This document shows, in pieces, positions 40,582 to 50,069 of a stretch of 64,000 nt of DNA. Under the pieces are notes generated by a model, which saw only the letters and a list, made by a program, of their open reading frames with translations, was not told the DNA's origin and did not search any database. The stretch lies in NCBI GenBank assembly GCA_964384105.1, contig CAYLJV010000002.1, positions 32,001 through 96,000 on the forward strand, read 5' to 3'. How positions within the stretch are numbered: the stretch's first letter is position 1; each line of letters starts with the position of its first letter. This DNA is from Candidatus Hadarchaeota archaeon (GTDB lineage: Archaea > Hadarchaeota > Hadarchaeia > Hadarchaeales > JAGGTB01). Position numbers and translations under genes: made by a program.

Positions 40582-41718
40582 ATGGAAAATGTTGTTATAG
40601 TTAGATACGGGGAATTACCTCTGAAAAGTAAGCCCGTCAGAAGCAAGTTTAAAAAGAAACTAATAAGGAATATAAAATCCATTCTCGGAGAGATTCCTTC
40701 TAAGATAGAAACAGAAAGAGGGAGAATTTTCATAAAAACCCCTAGACCGGAGGAGGTCTCAAAGCTTTTGGCATACGTTCCGGGAATTGTCTCCTCGAGC
40801 CCAGCTAAAAAAACAAAATCCGAAGTAGAAGAAATCGTGGAACTTTCGAAGGGGATATTCAAAGAGAAATCCACAAAAAAGGGAAGTTTTGCAGTTAGAG
40901 CCCGGAGAACCGGTAATCACGAATTCAGTAGTCAAGATCTAAAACGAATCGTTGGATCTGAAATATTAAAAGAGAATCCCAATTTTAACGTGAATCTTGA
41001 CTCACCAGATTACGAACTCTATATAGAGGTCAGAGGAGAAAATGCTTACATATTTACCAAAAAAATAAGGGGAATAGGCGGACTACCAGCAGGGACCCAA
41101 GGGAAAGTATTAGTAATGTATTCAAAGCCAATTAACGCCCTAGTTAGTTCTTATTTAATGTTAAAAAGAGGAGCCACCGTTTATCCAGTCATTTTCAGTT
41201 CAAAAGAAAGGTATAGTAGTTCCAATGTACTCAAAAAAGCAGAAAATATATTAAAAATCCACCCTCGACTGGAGATCAGAACAGTCGAATACACACACTG
41301 CATGGAAAAAATATCCGAAAAGACAATAAGTGGAACAAGTTGGATAATCTCGCAGAAAATAATTTTTGAAATACTGGAAAAAATATCCGAAAAAATAGGG
41401 GCAAAAGCAATCATCTCCGATTCGGATATAGACCAAATAGCCTCTATCTCCCTCGATAATATCAGGATTATAGAGAAAGATATAGAAATACCCGTATTTT
41501 ACCCCTTGATAGGAATAAAAAAGAAAAAGATATCCGAAATCTCGGAAAAAATACTCGGAGAAAAAATATCGGAAAAGACACCAACCCCTTTCAAAATACC
41601 TTCCGATCTAAACAAAGTACACCCAGAAAAGATCCAAAAAGAAGAGAAGAAAATACCAAAAGAATCCTTGATTAAATCTTCCTTAAAATCGATAAAAATA
41701 CAAAGATTAAGGGGTTAA
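40582..41718 (+). CDS. ThiI-like protein (THUMP domain + degenerate PP-loop domain)
   Basis: IVRYGELPLKS, FAVRARR, GGLPAGTQGK, MLKRG; SGGxDS missing. Confidence 0.85.
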   Translation: MENVVIVRYGELPLKSKPVRSKFKKKLIRNIKSILGEIPSKIETERGRIFIKTPRPEEVSKLLAYVPGIVSSSPAKKTKSEVEEIVELSKGIFKEKSTKKGSFAVRARRTGNHEFSSQDLKRIVGSEILKENPNFNVNLDSPDYELYIEVRGENAYIFTKKIRGIGGLPAGTQGKVLVMYSKPINALVSSYLMLKRGATVYPVIFSSKERYSSSNVLKKAENILKIHPRLEIRTVEYTHCMEKISEKTISGTSWIISQKIIFEILEKISEKIGAKAIISDSDIDQIASISLDNIRIIEKDIEIPVFYPLIGIKKKKISEISEKILGEKISEKTPTPFKIPSDLNKVHPEKIQKEEKKIPKESLIKSSLKSIKIQRLRG

Positions 41719-41719
41719 A

Positions 41720-42997
41720 ATGGATCTGGAAATAAAAAAAGCCGAAAATATATCTGGAACTATCCAGCCTACTCCTTCAAAATTCTTTACTCAATTCTCA
41801 ACAGCGGTTTCTTTATTAGCAGAAGGAAAGAGTGTGATAAAATCTCCACTTGTGGCAGACGATACACGGTGCCTAGTGAAAGCCATAGAAACAATGGGTG
41901 CAACTACAAAAAGAAGCAAAAAAAGATGGTCAATATGGAGCGAAGGCTCTCCACCATATCCATCAGGCCAAGTACTAGATGCGAAAAAATCAATCACTAG
42001 TCTGAGTCTACTTACCTCCCTATCCGCACTAACTTCTCGGGTAATGGTAATCACCGGAAAGAGTCAGATAAGATCAAAACCAGTAACCCCGCTAATCAAT
42101 TGCCTACAGAAGATGGGAGTCGACGTTCATTCAACCAAAACCGACGACAGTCCCCCGATTATAATCTTTGAAAGTAAAATAAAGGGAGGAAAAATCTCAT
42201 TCGATAAAGATCTTGATCCAAGATTCTTCCCGGCATTTCTAATCTTAACACCACTTGCGGAGGAAGAAGTCGAAATAGATTGTATGCCAGACTTAACTGC
42301 TCCTAACCTGAAGATCGCTATTGAAATAATGAAAAAATGTGGAATAGATATTTCGATAGATGAGGAGAGTTTGAAAATTTCAAAGGGAGAATACACACCT
42401 CTGGAAGTCTCGACTCCATTAGACATGTTCTCAACCCTCCCCTATGTACTCGGAGCAGTCCTAACGAAATCGAGTATAACTATCTCAAAAATCGAAAAAA
42501 GCGTAGGCAAAAAAGAATTCAAAGATATTCTAGAAAAAATGGGCATCAAAACAGAGGAAAAAAGCAAATCCCTAAAAATCAACCCACCCGAAAAACTCGA
42601 AGGAAGTGAAATCGATCTTAAAAAATTTCCCGAGATCCTACCATTCGTTGCTACCTTGGCTTCTATAGCAGAGGGGAAAACGGAAATTTTGAACTGTGAA
42701 AGAGCAAGATACATGAAATCCGACAGAATATCAACAATAACCGAGGGATTACAAAAACTGAATGTCGATATAGAAGAAACTCAAGATGGGGTAATTGTAA
42801 AAGGCCCAGCAGAACTCAAAGGTGTGGAAGTCAACGGATACGAAGATGATGCAATCGTGGCCTCTCTCGCGATAGCCGGATTACAAGCAGAAGGAAGAAC
42901 CATCGTAAAGAACAGAGCAGAGACACTCAGAGAGTCCTATCCCGAATTTGTATCCACCTTCAAAAATCTCGGAGCCGAAATGAGATATAAATCTTGA
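41720..42997 (+). CDS. EPSP synthase (AroA)-like paralogue with degenerate active site
   Basis: PSK, SDRI, SYP.F and overall fold motifs retained; catalytic motifs altered. Confidence 0.8.
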   Translation: MDLEIKKAENISGTIQPTPSKFFTQFSTAVSLLAEGKSVIKSPLVADDTRCLVKAIETMGATTKRSKKRWSIWSEGSPPYPSGQVLDAKKSITSLSLLTSLSALTSRVMVITGKSQIRSKPVTPLINCLQKMGVDVHSTKTDDSPPIIIFESKIKGGKISFDKDLDPRFFPAFLILTPLAEEEVEIDCMPDLTAPNLKIAIEIMKKCGIDISIDEESLKISKGEYTPLEVSTPLDMFSTLPYVLGAVLTKSSITISKIEKSVGKKEFKDILEKMGIKTEEKSKSLKINPPEKLEGSEIDLKKFPEILPFVATLASIAEGKTEILNCERARYMKSDRISTITEGLQKLNVDIEETQDGVIVKGPAELKGVEVNGYEDDAIVASLAIAGLQAEGRTIVKNRAETLRESYPEFVSTFKNLGAEMRYKS

Positions 42998-43192
42998 GAA
43001 AAGAAAAACCAAAAATTCTAAAGAATAGCCAATATTCCAAAAAATCTACTTCAATAACTTTTTTATACGTACAGTCTTGACTACAGACGCGAAGCAAAGA
43101 AAGCGATGACCCTATATTTTGAAAGAATTCAAAATTTCTACAATATCATCATCCATTAAAGATCTAAAAAAATCAAAAGGAGGTGTTCAATA

Positions 43193-44884
43193 ATGGCAAT
43201 TGGAAATCAAGGAGGCCAACCAATCCTGGTTATGCCCAAAGACACTAAAAGAATCCGAGACAGAGATGCTCAGCAATCTAACATCCGTGCGGCCAGAGTC
43301 GTGAGCGAATCTGTAAGAACTACTCTAGGACCCCGTGGAATGGACAAAATGATGGTAAGCGGCATGGGAGACGTCGTAATAACTAACGACGGCGTGACGA
43401 TACTCGACGAAATGGATATCGAACATCCAGCCGCTAAGATGATCGTGGAAGTCGCCAACACTCAAGAAGAAGAGGTCGGAGACGGCACTACGAGCGCAGT
43501 AGTTCTCGCAGGCTCACTTCTGGAAAAGTCTCAAGAACTACTCGACCAAAGTATCCACTCCTCTATAATCGCATCTGGATTCAGGATGGCGGCTGAAAAA
43601 GCCAACGAAGTCCTGAACGATATCGCGATAGACGTGAGTTTCGAGGACAAAGAAATGCTGGAAAAGGTCGCTATGACTGCAATGACCGGAAAGAAAGCCG
43701 AAGGCGCAAAGAAAGAACTTGCAGAAATGGCCGTAGAGGCCGTTAAAGGAATAGCAGAAGAAACAGAAGACGGATACATAGTCGATACCGACTACATCGG
43801 AACAGAAACAAGAGAAGGCGGAAGCGTCGACGACTCGTACATGGTAAACGGTCTGATAATAAGCAAAGATCGTGTCCATTCTGGAATGCCAAAGAAAGTC
43901 GAGGACGCCAAAATCGCCCTGCTTAATACACCTATAGAAGTCAAAGAAACCGAAACCGACGCGGAAGTACAAGTAACCGATCCAGATCAGCTGAAAGCTT
44001 TCCTCGATCAGGAGGAAAAGACGATAAAGGGATACGTAGACAAAATCACCGAAACCGGAGCTAACGTGGTCCTATGTCAGAAAGGAATCGACGATTTGGC
44101 TCAGCACTACCTAGCCAAAGAAGGAGTATTAGCAGCTCGCAGAGTCAAGAAATCCGACATGGAAAAGCTAGCTAGAGCTACCGGTGGAGAAGTAGTAAGC
44201 AACATCGACGACCTGCAAGAAGCTGATCTAGGTAAAGCAGGAAACGTCGAAGAAAGAAAGGAAGGCGGTCAAGACATGATCTTCGTAGAAGACTGCAAAG
44301 ATCCCAAGGCCGTAAGTCTCATGGTCTGTGGAGGTACAGAACACGTAGTCGATGAAACCAAAAGAGCGATCGAAGATGCTATTCGAGTAGTAGCCACCAC
44401 GATTAAAGATGGACAAGTAGTTGCCGGTGGAGGATCATGCGAGATCGAACTGGCTAAACATCTTAGAGATTACGCAGACAGTGCAGGTGGAAGAGAAGCA
44501 CTAGCTATCAGAACCTTCGCCGACGCTCTAGAAAAGATACCGAGGACCCTAGCCGAAAACGCTGGACTAGATGTTATAGATGCTCTAGTTGATCTAAGGT
44601 CAGAACACGACAGCTCGAATAAAGCTGCTATGGGACTAGCCGTACATGACGGCGGAGTCGCAGATATGCTCGAAGAAGGTGTCGTCGAACCTGTCAGGGT
44701 AAAAACACAGGCAATTCAATCTGGCAGTGAAGCTGCAGAGATGATATTGAGAATCGACGACGTCATAGCTTCAAAGAAGACCGAAGAACCAGCCGGTGGA
44801 CCTGGTGGACCCGGCGGAGCTCCCGGCGGACCAGGAGGCGTCCCAGGTGGAATGCCTGGAGGAATGCCCCCAGGATTGATGTAA
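43193..44884 (+). CDS. thermosome (group II chaperonin) subunit
   Basis: [30 protein letters not shown]; GGP/GGM tail. Confidence 0.97.
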   Translation: MAIGNQGGQPILVMPKDTKRIRDRDAQQSNIRAARVVSESVRTTLGPRGMDKMMVSGMGDVVITNDGVTILDEMDIEHPAAKMIVEVANTQEEEVGDGTTSAVVLAGSLLEKSQELLDQSIHSSIIASGFRMAAEKANEVLNDIAIDVSFEDKEMLEKVAMTAMTGKKAEGAKKELAEMAVEAVKGIAEETEDGYIVDTDYIGTETREGGSVDDSYMVNGLIISKDRVHSGMPKKVEDAKIALLNTPIEVKETETDAEVQVTDPDQLKAFLDQEEKTIKGYVDKITETGANVVLCQKGIDDLAQHYLAKEGVLAARRVKKSDMEKLARATGGEVVSNIDDLQEADLGKAGNVEERKEGGQDMIFVEDCKDPKAVSLMVCGGTEHVVDETKRAIEDAIRVVATTIKDGQVVAGGGSCEIELAKHLRDYADSAGGREALAIRTFADALEKIPRTLAENAGLDVIDALVDLRSEHDSSNKAAMGLAVHDGGVADMLEEGVVEPVRVKTQAIQSGSEAAEMILRIDDVIASKKTEEPAGGPGGPGGAPGGPGGVPGGMPGGMPPGLM

Positions 44885-44891
44885 AATAAAC

Positions 44892-44935
44892 GGGCTTTAG
44901 ATTCTTTGAAGCCCTAATTTTTCTCTTTTTTATTT
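44892..44935 (+). terminator. hairpin plus T-tract after the thermosome gene
   Basis: GGGCTT...AAGCCC followed by T-rich runs. Confidence 0.55.
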
Positions 44936-44939
44936 GGGT

Positions 44940-46097
44940 CTATTTTTTTACTATCTGATTGTTTTTCACAGTGTTTGAAACGTAGCTGGACCCTTCTTCC
45001 ATACGGATGGCATCAAAACCAATTTCAGACAGCGTGTTGTTCGAGATGGTGTTATTTATTGAAAAATAGAGGGAAATGCCCACATGTAAATTCTCGATAG
45101 TATTGTTTTCTATCAAGTTACTGTCCGAATTGGAAAGGACGATCCCACCCCAATGTTTTAATCCGGTAATCCTATTTTTCCTAACTATGCTGTTCTCGGT
45201 GGCTTGCATAGTGATCTTTCTCAGTTTCTTCAATCCAGAAATCTCGATTTTATCGCTGTAACCTATCCTTACATGTTCCAAGTTATTAGCTTCCCCAATC
45301 TTCAGGTTGGAACAGTCTGCTATGATAAGTTCTCTAGCCTGAGTAGTGATGGTTTCGTCACTCATACCTTGGCAGTACAGAATTGGGTCTCCGTTGATGG
45401 TGTTATTTTTTATCGTGTGCGTGCAGTAATCTCGAGGTTCGGATTCTCTCGTTATAGTGTCAAGGAAGCAGTTGTCGAATCTATTGTTCAGTATCGAACA
45501 ATCCTCGGACCACCCCAAGGTTACACCCCAAGAATCATCCTTGAAAGTATTACCCTCTAAAATTACTCCCGAGGCCGGTCTTTCCCTGTCTTCAGCAGTT
45601 ATCGTTATTCCAATGTTTTTATTCTCTACAATAGTTCCCGAGATTTTGCAGTCATTTCCGAAAACGTAAATTCCTGTAGAAAATTTCTCGAACGGCCCAC
45701 TTACTGTAAATCCTCTTAGTGCAACGTTCTCCGCTCTTATGGAAAGAACATGACCTTCGGACTCAATAATAGTTTCCTCTGCACCCTCACTGGACCTGAT
45801 AACAAGATTAGGTTTCTCTATCTCCAAAGGATCTTCCCCAATAGAATAATCCCCGGGCATCACGACTATCTCGTTATTTTCCTGAGAATCAGCCTTCATC
45901 ACAGCATTCTCGATACTGTGAAAAGCGTTAATTCCGAAAGACAGCTCCGATGGAACTTCCTCAGAATCTATCCAGTCATTATCCACGTACAGGACATTAC
46001 CACTATATGAGTTCGACCAGACAAAAGTGTCTAGGTAGAAAAATGCCGAAACTACGACTGCAATCAGGGTCACAATTAGAAAAAACTTCCACCTCAA
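44940..46097 (-). CDS. membrane-anchored right-handed beta-helix (NosD/CASH-like) protein
   Basis: AFHSIENAV, V.PGDY, GFTV, repeated xxNNTI. Confidence 0.85.
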   Translation of the reverse strand: MRWKFFLIVTLIAVVVSAFFYLDTFVWSNSYSGNVLYVDNDWIDSEEVPSELSFGINAFHSIENAVMKADSQENNEIVVMPGDYSIGEDPLEIEKPNLVIRSSEGAEETIIESEGHVLSIRAENVALRGFTVSGPFEKFSTGIYVFGNDCKISGTIVENKNIGITITAEDRERPASGVILEGNTFKDDSWGVTLGWSEDCSILNNRFDNCFLDTITRESEPRDYCTHTIKNNTINGDPILYCQGMSDETITTQARELIIADCSNLKIGEANNLEHVRIGYSDKIEISGLKKLRKITMQATENSIVRKNRITGLKHWGGIVLSNSDSNLIENNTIENLHVGISLYFSINNTISNNTLSEIGFDAIRMEEGSSYVSNTVKNNQIVKK

Positions 46098-46229
46098 AAA
46101 AACTCCCCCATTTCAAAAAAGAGACGGATTTTGTTTTAAAAATGTTTTTAAAGGTTCTTTTTAAAAAATTAGATTTCGCCGTCGATACAAAGTTTATTAA
46201 TCGAGATAAAGACGGGAAAAACTGGGGGG

Positions 46230-47537
46230 TTGCAAATGAAATTATCCAATCGGAGACTACTGACCGCTGTAGTGGTCATCACTGTTGGAGTAGCGGTAGG
46301 AGCTGGGTATGCGGTCGATTCGCTTCTATTTTCCGGCGAAGAATCGAAGTACGCAAAATCCCAATTTATCACTTCAGAGCTCAAGAGGGAAGAAGACCCG
46401 GACGTTTCCGAGGACGACCTCTCAAAACTAGTTGAAGCCAACAACGAATTTGCCCTCGACCTGTATCACAAAATAGATAACGGGGATGGAAACCTATTCT
46501 ACTCTCCTTACAGCATATCCCTCGCACTGGCCATGACATACGCAGGGGCCGAGGGACAGACAGAACAACAGATGGCAGGCACTCTGAATTTTAGTCTTCC
46601 CGAGAAGAAACTTCACAGAGCATTCAACTACCTAGACCAGAGCCTGAGTGACCGAAACGATGAGAACTTCACCCTGAACGTGTCAAACTCGTTCTGGAGT
46701 CAGAAGAACTACCACTTCGAGGAAGAATATCTAGATACCTTGGCGGTGAACTATGGTGCTGGAATCAGGGTCCTAGACTTCTTGAACGAACCCGATTTGA
46801 GTCGAGAGACAATTAACAAATGGGTGGAGAATGAGACGGAGAACAAAATCAAGGACCTGTTACCGAAGGGGGCTGTAACCTCGAAAACTAGAGCGGTTAT
46901 CACTAACGCCATCTATTTCAACGCGTTTTGGAAACTGCCCTTCGAGGAGTCGGCCACCGAATTCAGAAATTTCACTCTCCTTAACGGGAAAGAAAAAGAC
47001 GTGGAGATGATGAGCCAGACAGAGGAGTTCAAGTACGCCCAGGACACCGACTATAAGGCTGTAGAACTTCCCTATCAGGGAAAAAGCAATATGTCGATGC
47101 TGGTAATTTTGCCTAACAGAACCCAGTTCGAAGAATTTGAGAATAAACTAAACATAGAACTATTAGAAGATATCATCGCAAAATTAGAACCCCGAGGAGT
47201 ATCCCTCAAGATACCAAAGTTCGAGTACGAGGCAAAGCTAGATTTGAAGGAAATTCTCAAAGAAATGGGAATGCCCTCAGCATTCAGTTCAAGTGCAAAC
47301 TTTTCTGGCATGACCGGGGATGAATCACTATTTATATCTAAATTCCTGCACAAGGCGTTCGTTTCCGTGGATGAAAAGGGGACGGAAGCCGCGGCAGCCA
47401 CGGCAGTAGGTTTTGAGGAAGAAGCAGTGACCCCACAAGTAGAAATGAACATTGATTCTCCATTCATATTTCTGATTAGAGATAATGAGACAGGTACCAT
47501 ACTGTTCGCGGGAAGGGTCACGAATCCAAGAGTTTGA
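46230..47537 (+). CDS. serpin (serine protease inhibitor), secreted or anchored
   Basis: NNEFALDLY, NLFYSPYSI, INKWV, NAIYF, DEKGTEAAAAT, PFIFLI. Confidence 0.95.
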   Translation: MQMKLSNRRLLTAVVVITVGVAVGAGYAVDSLLFSGEESKYAKSQFITSELKREEDPDVSEDDLSKLVEANNEFALDLYHKIDNGDGNLFYSPYSISLALAMTYAGAEGQTEQQMAGTLNFSLPEKKLHRAFNYLDQSLSDRNDENFTLNVSNSFWSQKNYHFEEEYLDTLAVNYGAGIRVLDFLNEPDLSRETINKWVENETENKIKDLLPKGAVTSKTRAVITNAIYFNAFWKLPFEESATEFRNFTLLNGKEKDVEMMSQTEEFKYAQDTDYKAVELPYQGKSNMSMLVILPNRTQFEEFENKLNIELLEDIIAKLEPRGVSLKIPKFEYEAKLDLKEILKEMGMPSAFSSSANFSGMTGDESLFISKFLHKAFVSVDEKGTEAAAATAVGFEEEAVTPQVEMNIDSPFIFLIRDNETGTILFAGRVTNPRV

Positions 47538-47610
47538 TTTATTTAGAATTTAATGACTATAGACTTCCGAATTGAATCCCCTGACTCGTCCAAGGAAGTT
47601 TATCTAAATC

Positions 47611-48036
47611 TTATAGAACTTGATCATCCAGATTATTTGACATTTTCCTTAACCTATAAACAGTTACGACCCAAACAACGATGATTATCGCCAAGACTAC
47701 GACTGACATGTACCCTCCGATAATGAAATCGAAGGAGTAAATGTAAGTATCCAATATGATAAAGACAATCGGGATAAGAATTGGAATAAAGAGAGTAACT
47801 ACTACTCCTTCCATAAGAATAATCCATTTATAATCAATTTCTGCAATCCACATAATTAACAAAACGAAAGCTCCCACAGCAAAGAAAGCCCATCCGATTA
47901 TCGTACCTCTTATTAGGTCTTCAGCAAGGTTAAACCATCTCATGCTTATAGCAATAAATAGAAAAAAAGCAACCACTCCAACAGTAAAAACCCTAATTCC
48001 AAGAGATGGATTATCTTGCTCAGAATTTTCTTTCAT
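47611..48036 (-). CDS. hypothetical 4-TM membrane protein
   Basis: Hydrophobic helices; GGAGG RBS. Confidence 0.7.
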   Translation of the reverse strand: MKENSEQDNPSLGIRVFTVGVVAFFLFIAISMRWFNLAEDLIRGTIIGWAFFAVGAFVLLIMWIAEIDYKWIILMEGVVVTLFIPILIPIVFIILDTYIYSFDFIIGGYMSVVVLAIIIVVWVVTVYRLRKMSNNLDDQVL

Positions 48037-48052
48037 CTAACTCCTCCTTGCT

Positions 48053-48334
48053 CTACCGCCCCTTTACGAAATAAACTACGAGAATTACTGTCAAAACAAC
48101 TATTCCCAGAGCCGCTATTTGTACAGTCCACCTTATAAAGAGATTATAGTGGATCCAATCCCCTGGAAGAGCAAGAAAACCGATAGCTGTCAAGATCAAA
48201 ATAAGTCCTATCACCAGTTTTAGCAAAGTATTCTCGCCGTTTTTCAACGTCCTGTAATTATTCTCAGACCCGGCCGACGGGGTGTATCCTTCGCCCTTCC
48301 TAATATTCTTCTCACGTCCTTGCGAAGGTCCTAT
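48053..48334 (-). CDS. hypothetical 2-TM protein
   Basis: Track start TTG 48247; GGAGG RBS points to in-frame ATA 48334. Confidence 0.55.
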   Translation of the reverse strand: MGPSQGREKNIRKGEGYTPSAGSENNYRTLKNGENTLLKLVIGLILILTAIGFLALPGDWIHYNLFIRWTVQIAALGIVVLTVILVVYFVKGR

Positions 48335-48360
48335 TTTAACCGCCTCCCCTAAACTCGTAG

Positions 48361-48585
48361 TTAGCCGTTATTCTCTCTGAGCTCATACCCGATTATCACC
48401 CAAACAAGAACCAGTAATATAAGCGGGCCAAACACTAAAAATGCAGCAAAAGAATCCGCATAGTGCCAAAGAAGAGAGTCCCAAGTCAAAATACTCAAAG
48501 TAATGACAAATACCGGTGGAAAACTAAACACTATCCCCTTCAAGATAGTAATTAGTTTGTCGTCATCTGAAGATTCTTCATTCAT
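48361..48585 (-). CDS. hypothetical 2-TM protein
   Basis: C-terminus VWVIIGYELR resembles VWVVTVYRLR of 47611-48036. Confidence 0.65.
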   Translation of the reverse strand: MNEESSDDDKLITILKGIVFSFPPVFVITLSILTWDSLLWHYADSFAAFLVFGPLILLVLVWVIIGYELRENNG

Positions 48586-48590
48586 TTTAA

Positions 48591-49061
48591 CTAAACCATC
48601 TCAAAAAGAATTTTGTATGAGATTCTTCCAGAGAAATAACCGAAGATAAAGAGAGGAATAACAGTGACAATCAACACAGATCCGGGACTCTCCGCAGGTA
48701 ACTGTCCTTTAATCAAAAATCCGAGTAAAAAAAATATAAAGAGACTAACCCATGTGATTTTTCCAGCCCATGATTCCGAGTTTTCTTTCTCACTTGGTGG
48801 AGAGAGATATGAGAATAAAATAAGAGTGAATGTAGTGGTAGCAAGGGTAATAAAAAAGGACAAAATTAGTGTAAATCCCGAATTTAACGCCTCACCAATC
48901 CAGTTCCACCAAGTCATTCCAGTGAGATAAACATCGATCCAAGAATAGCCATGTCCTCCTAGAAAGAAGAAAACGCCTGGAAAAATAAACACGAAGAGAT
49001 GAGATAACTGGATAGCTAATACAGAAAATTTAATGGAGTCTGACAGTCTCCTCATGACCAT
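48591..49061 (-). CDS. hypothetical 4-TM protein (paralogue of 49471-49962)
   Basis: YLTGMTWWNWI vs YLLYASWWGWL. Confidence 0.7.
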   Translation of the reverse strand: MVMRRLSDSIKFSVLAIQLSHLFVFIFPGVFFFLGGHGYSWIDVYLTGMTWWNWIGEALNSGFTLILSFFITLATTTFTLILFSYLSPPSEKENSESWAGKITWVSLFIFFLLGFLIKGQLPAESPGSVLIVTVIPLFIFGYFSGRISYKILFEMV

Positions 49062-49092
49062 CTTTCTTCGGTTAAAATTGGATTGTGCCCGA

Positions 49093-49129
49093 AGTATAAA
49101 TTAAGTCCCAGAATTGAAACCGAATTTAA
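49093..49129. repeat. 37-bp repeat at a divergent gene junction, copy 1
   Basis: AGTATAAATTAAGTCCCAGAATTGAAACCGAATTTAA; 33/37 identical to 52580-52616. Confidence 0.8.
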
Positions 49130-49165
49130 ATTTCTTGCCCCAGAGAGTTTTTTCCGAGTAAAACT

Positions 49166-49447
49166 ATGAGTTCTGCTTGTGAACAGGAAAAGAATACTAG
49201 GACTGATAGAAAGTATTCTACCCCTCAAAGCCTAAAATACAAAGAGGATACTGAGGGTAGGAGAAAACAAGAAAACGGAAGTCTGGCTAAGTACTGGTTG
49301 ATCTTAGCTGTTACTTTTCTAATAACATTCTTTTTTGCAAGTTTTGCCTCAGAGACTGGCTGGGCGAGGTGGGATTGGAGAACACTATTTTTCTGGCTAC
49401 TGCTTATAGGAGACTTGTCGGGCTTAAGTCTTCTCCTGTTTTTCTAG
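49166..49447 (+). CDS. hypothetical 2-TM protein
   Basis: Charged N-terminus, two hydrophobic segments. Confidence 0.6.
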   Translation: MSSACEQEKNTRTDRKYSTPQSLKYKEDTEGRRKQENGSLAKYWLILAVTFLITFFFASFASETGWARWDWRTLFFWLLLIGDLSGLSLLLFF

Positions 49448-49470
49448 CTCAGGAGGATTTTTGATGAAGT

Positions 49471-49962
49471 TTAGTCCACCGATGGAAATAAATCGTGATA
49501 GAGACTACCCCACAAAAAACACCAGAAGACAATATTCGGAATCCATACTAGAATAACTTTTGGTAGTCGAAAATCATAAGGTGACCCGATGACTAAAATC
49601 CCTATGAAATAATACGGTATTATGCTTAGTAAGGCCAGTAGTCCGCTCTTAAGTCTTCCATCGCTCAAAGGTATTTTTTTCCTCCAGTACGTTAAGATAG
49701 TAAGTATCGCAACAGTCATTAAGACCGGGAGTGCTAACGCTAGAAAATCCTGTAGGAAACTTCCAAAAGATACACCTTCGAATATTATTCTCTGGAGCCA
49801 CCCCCACCAGCTCGCGTAAAGAAGATAAAATTGTTTAGCTATACCATACTGGAACATACCGGTATCAAATTCTTCCAGTAACGGTCCAATAAATGCCGAT
49901 AGATAAGCCATTATAACAGTTGAAAACGCGAACAAGAGAGACTTAAAGCGTCTTCCAAGCAA
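49471..49962 (-). CDS. hypothetical 4-TM protein (paralogue of 48591-49061)
   Basis: Same length class and WWxW motif. Confidence 0.7.
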   Translation of the reverse strand: MLGRRFKSLLFAFSTVIMAYLSAFIGPLLEEFDTGMFQYGIAKQFYLLYASWWGWLQRIIFEGVSFGSFLQDFLALALPVLMTVAILTILTYWRKKIPLSDGRLKSGLLALLSIIPYYFIGILVIGSPYDFRLPKVILVWIPNIVFWCFLWGSLYHDLFPSVD

Positions 49963-50069
49963 CTTCCTACAAGACCCCTAACAAAATTTGTATTAGAAAA
50001 TATACTTAAATTAAGTCCAAAAACTTTAAAAAAGGTAGATTTTAGAAATCATTTATCGGGGGGAGCTCG

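Noticed and set aside
44790-44880. GC-rich short repeats at the end of the thermosome gene
   Set aside because: They encode the ordinary Gly-Gly-Pro/Met chaperonin tail.
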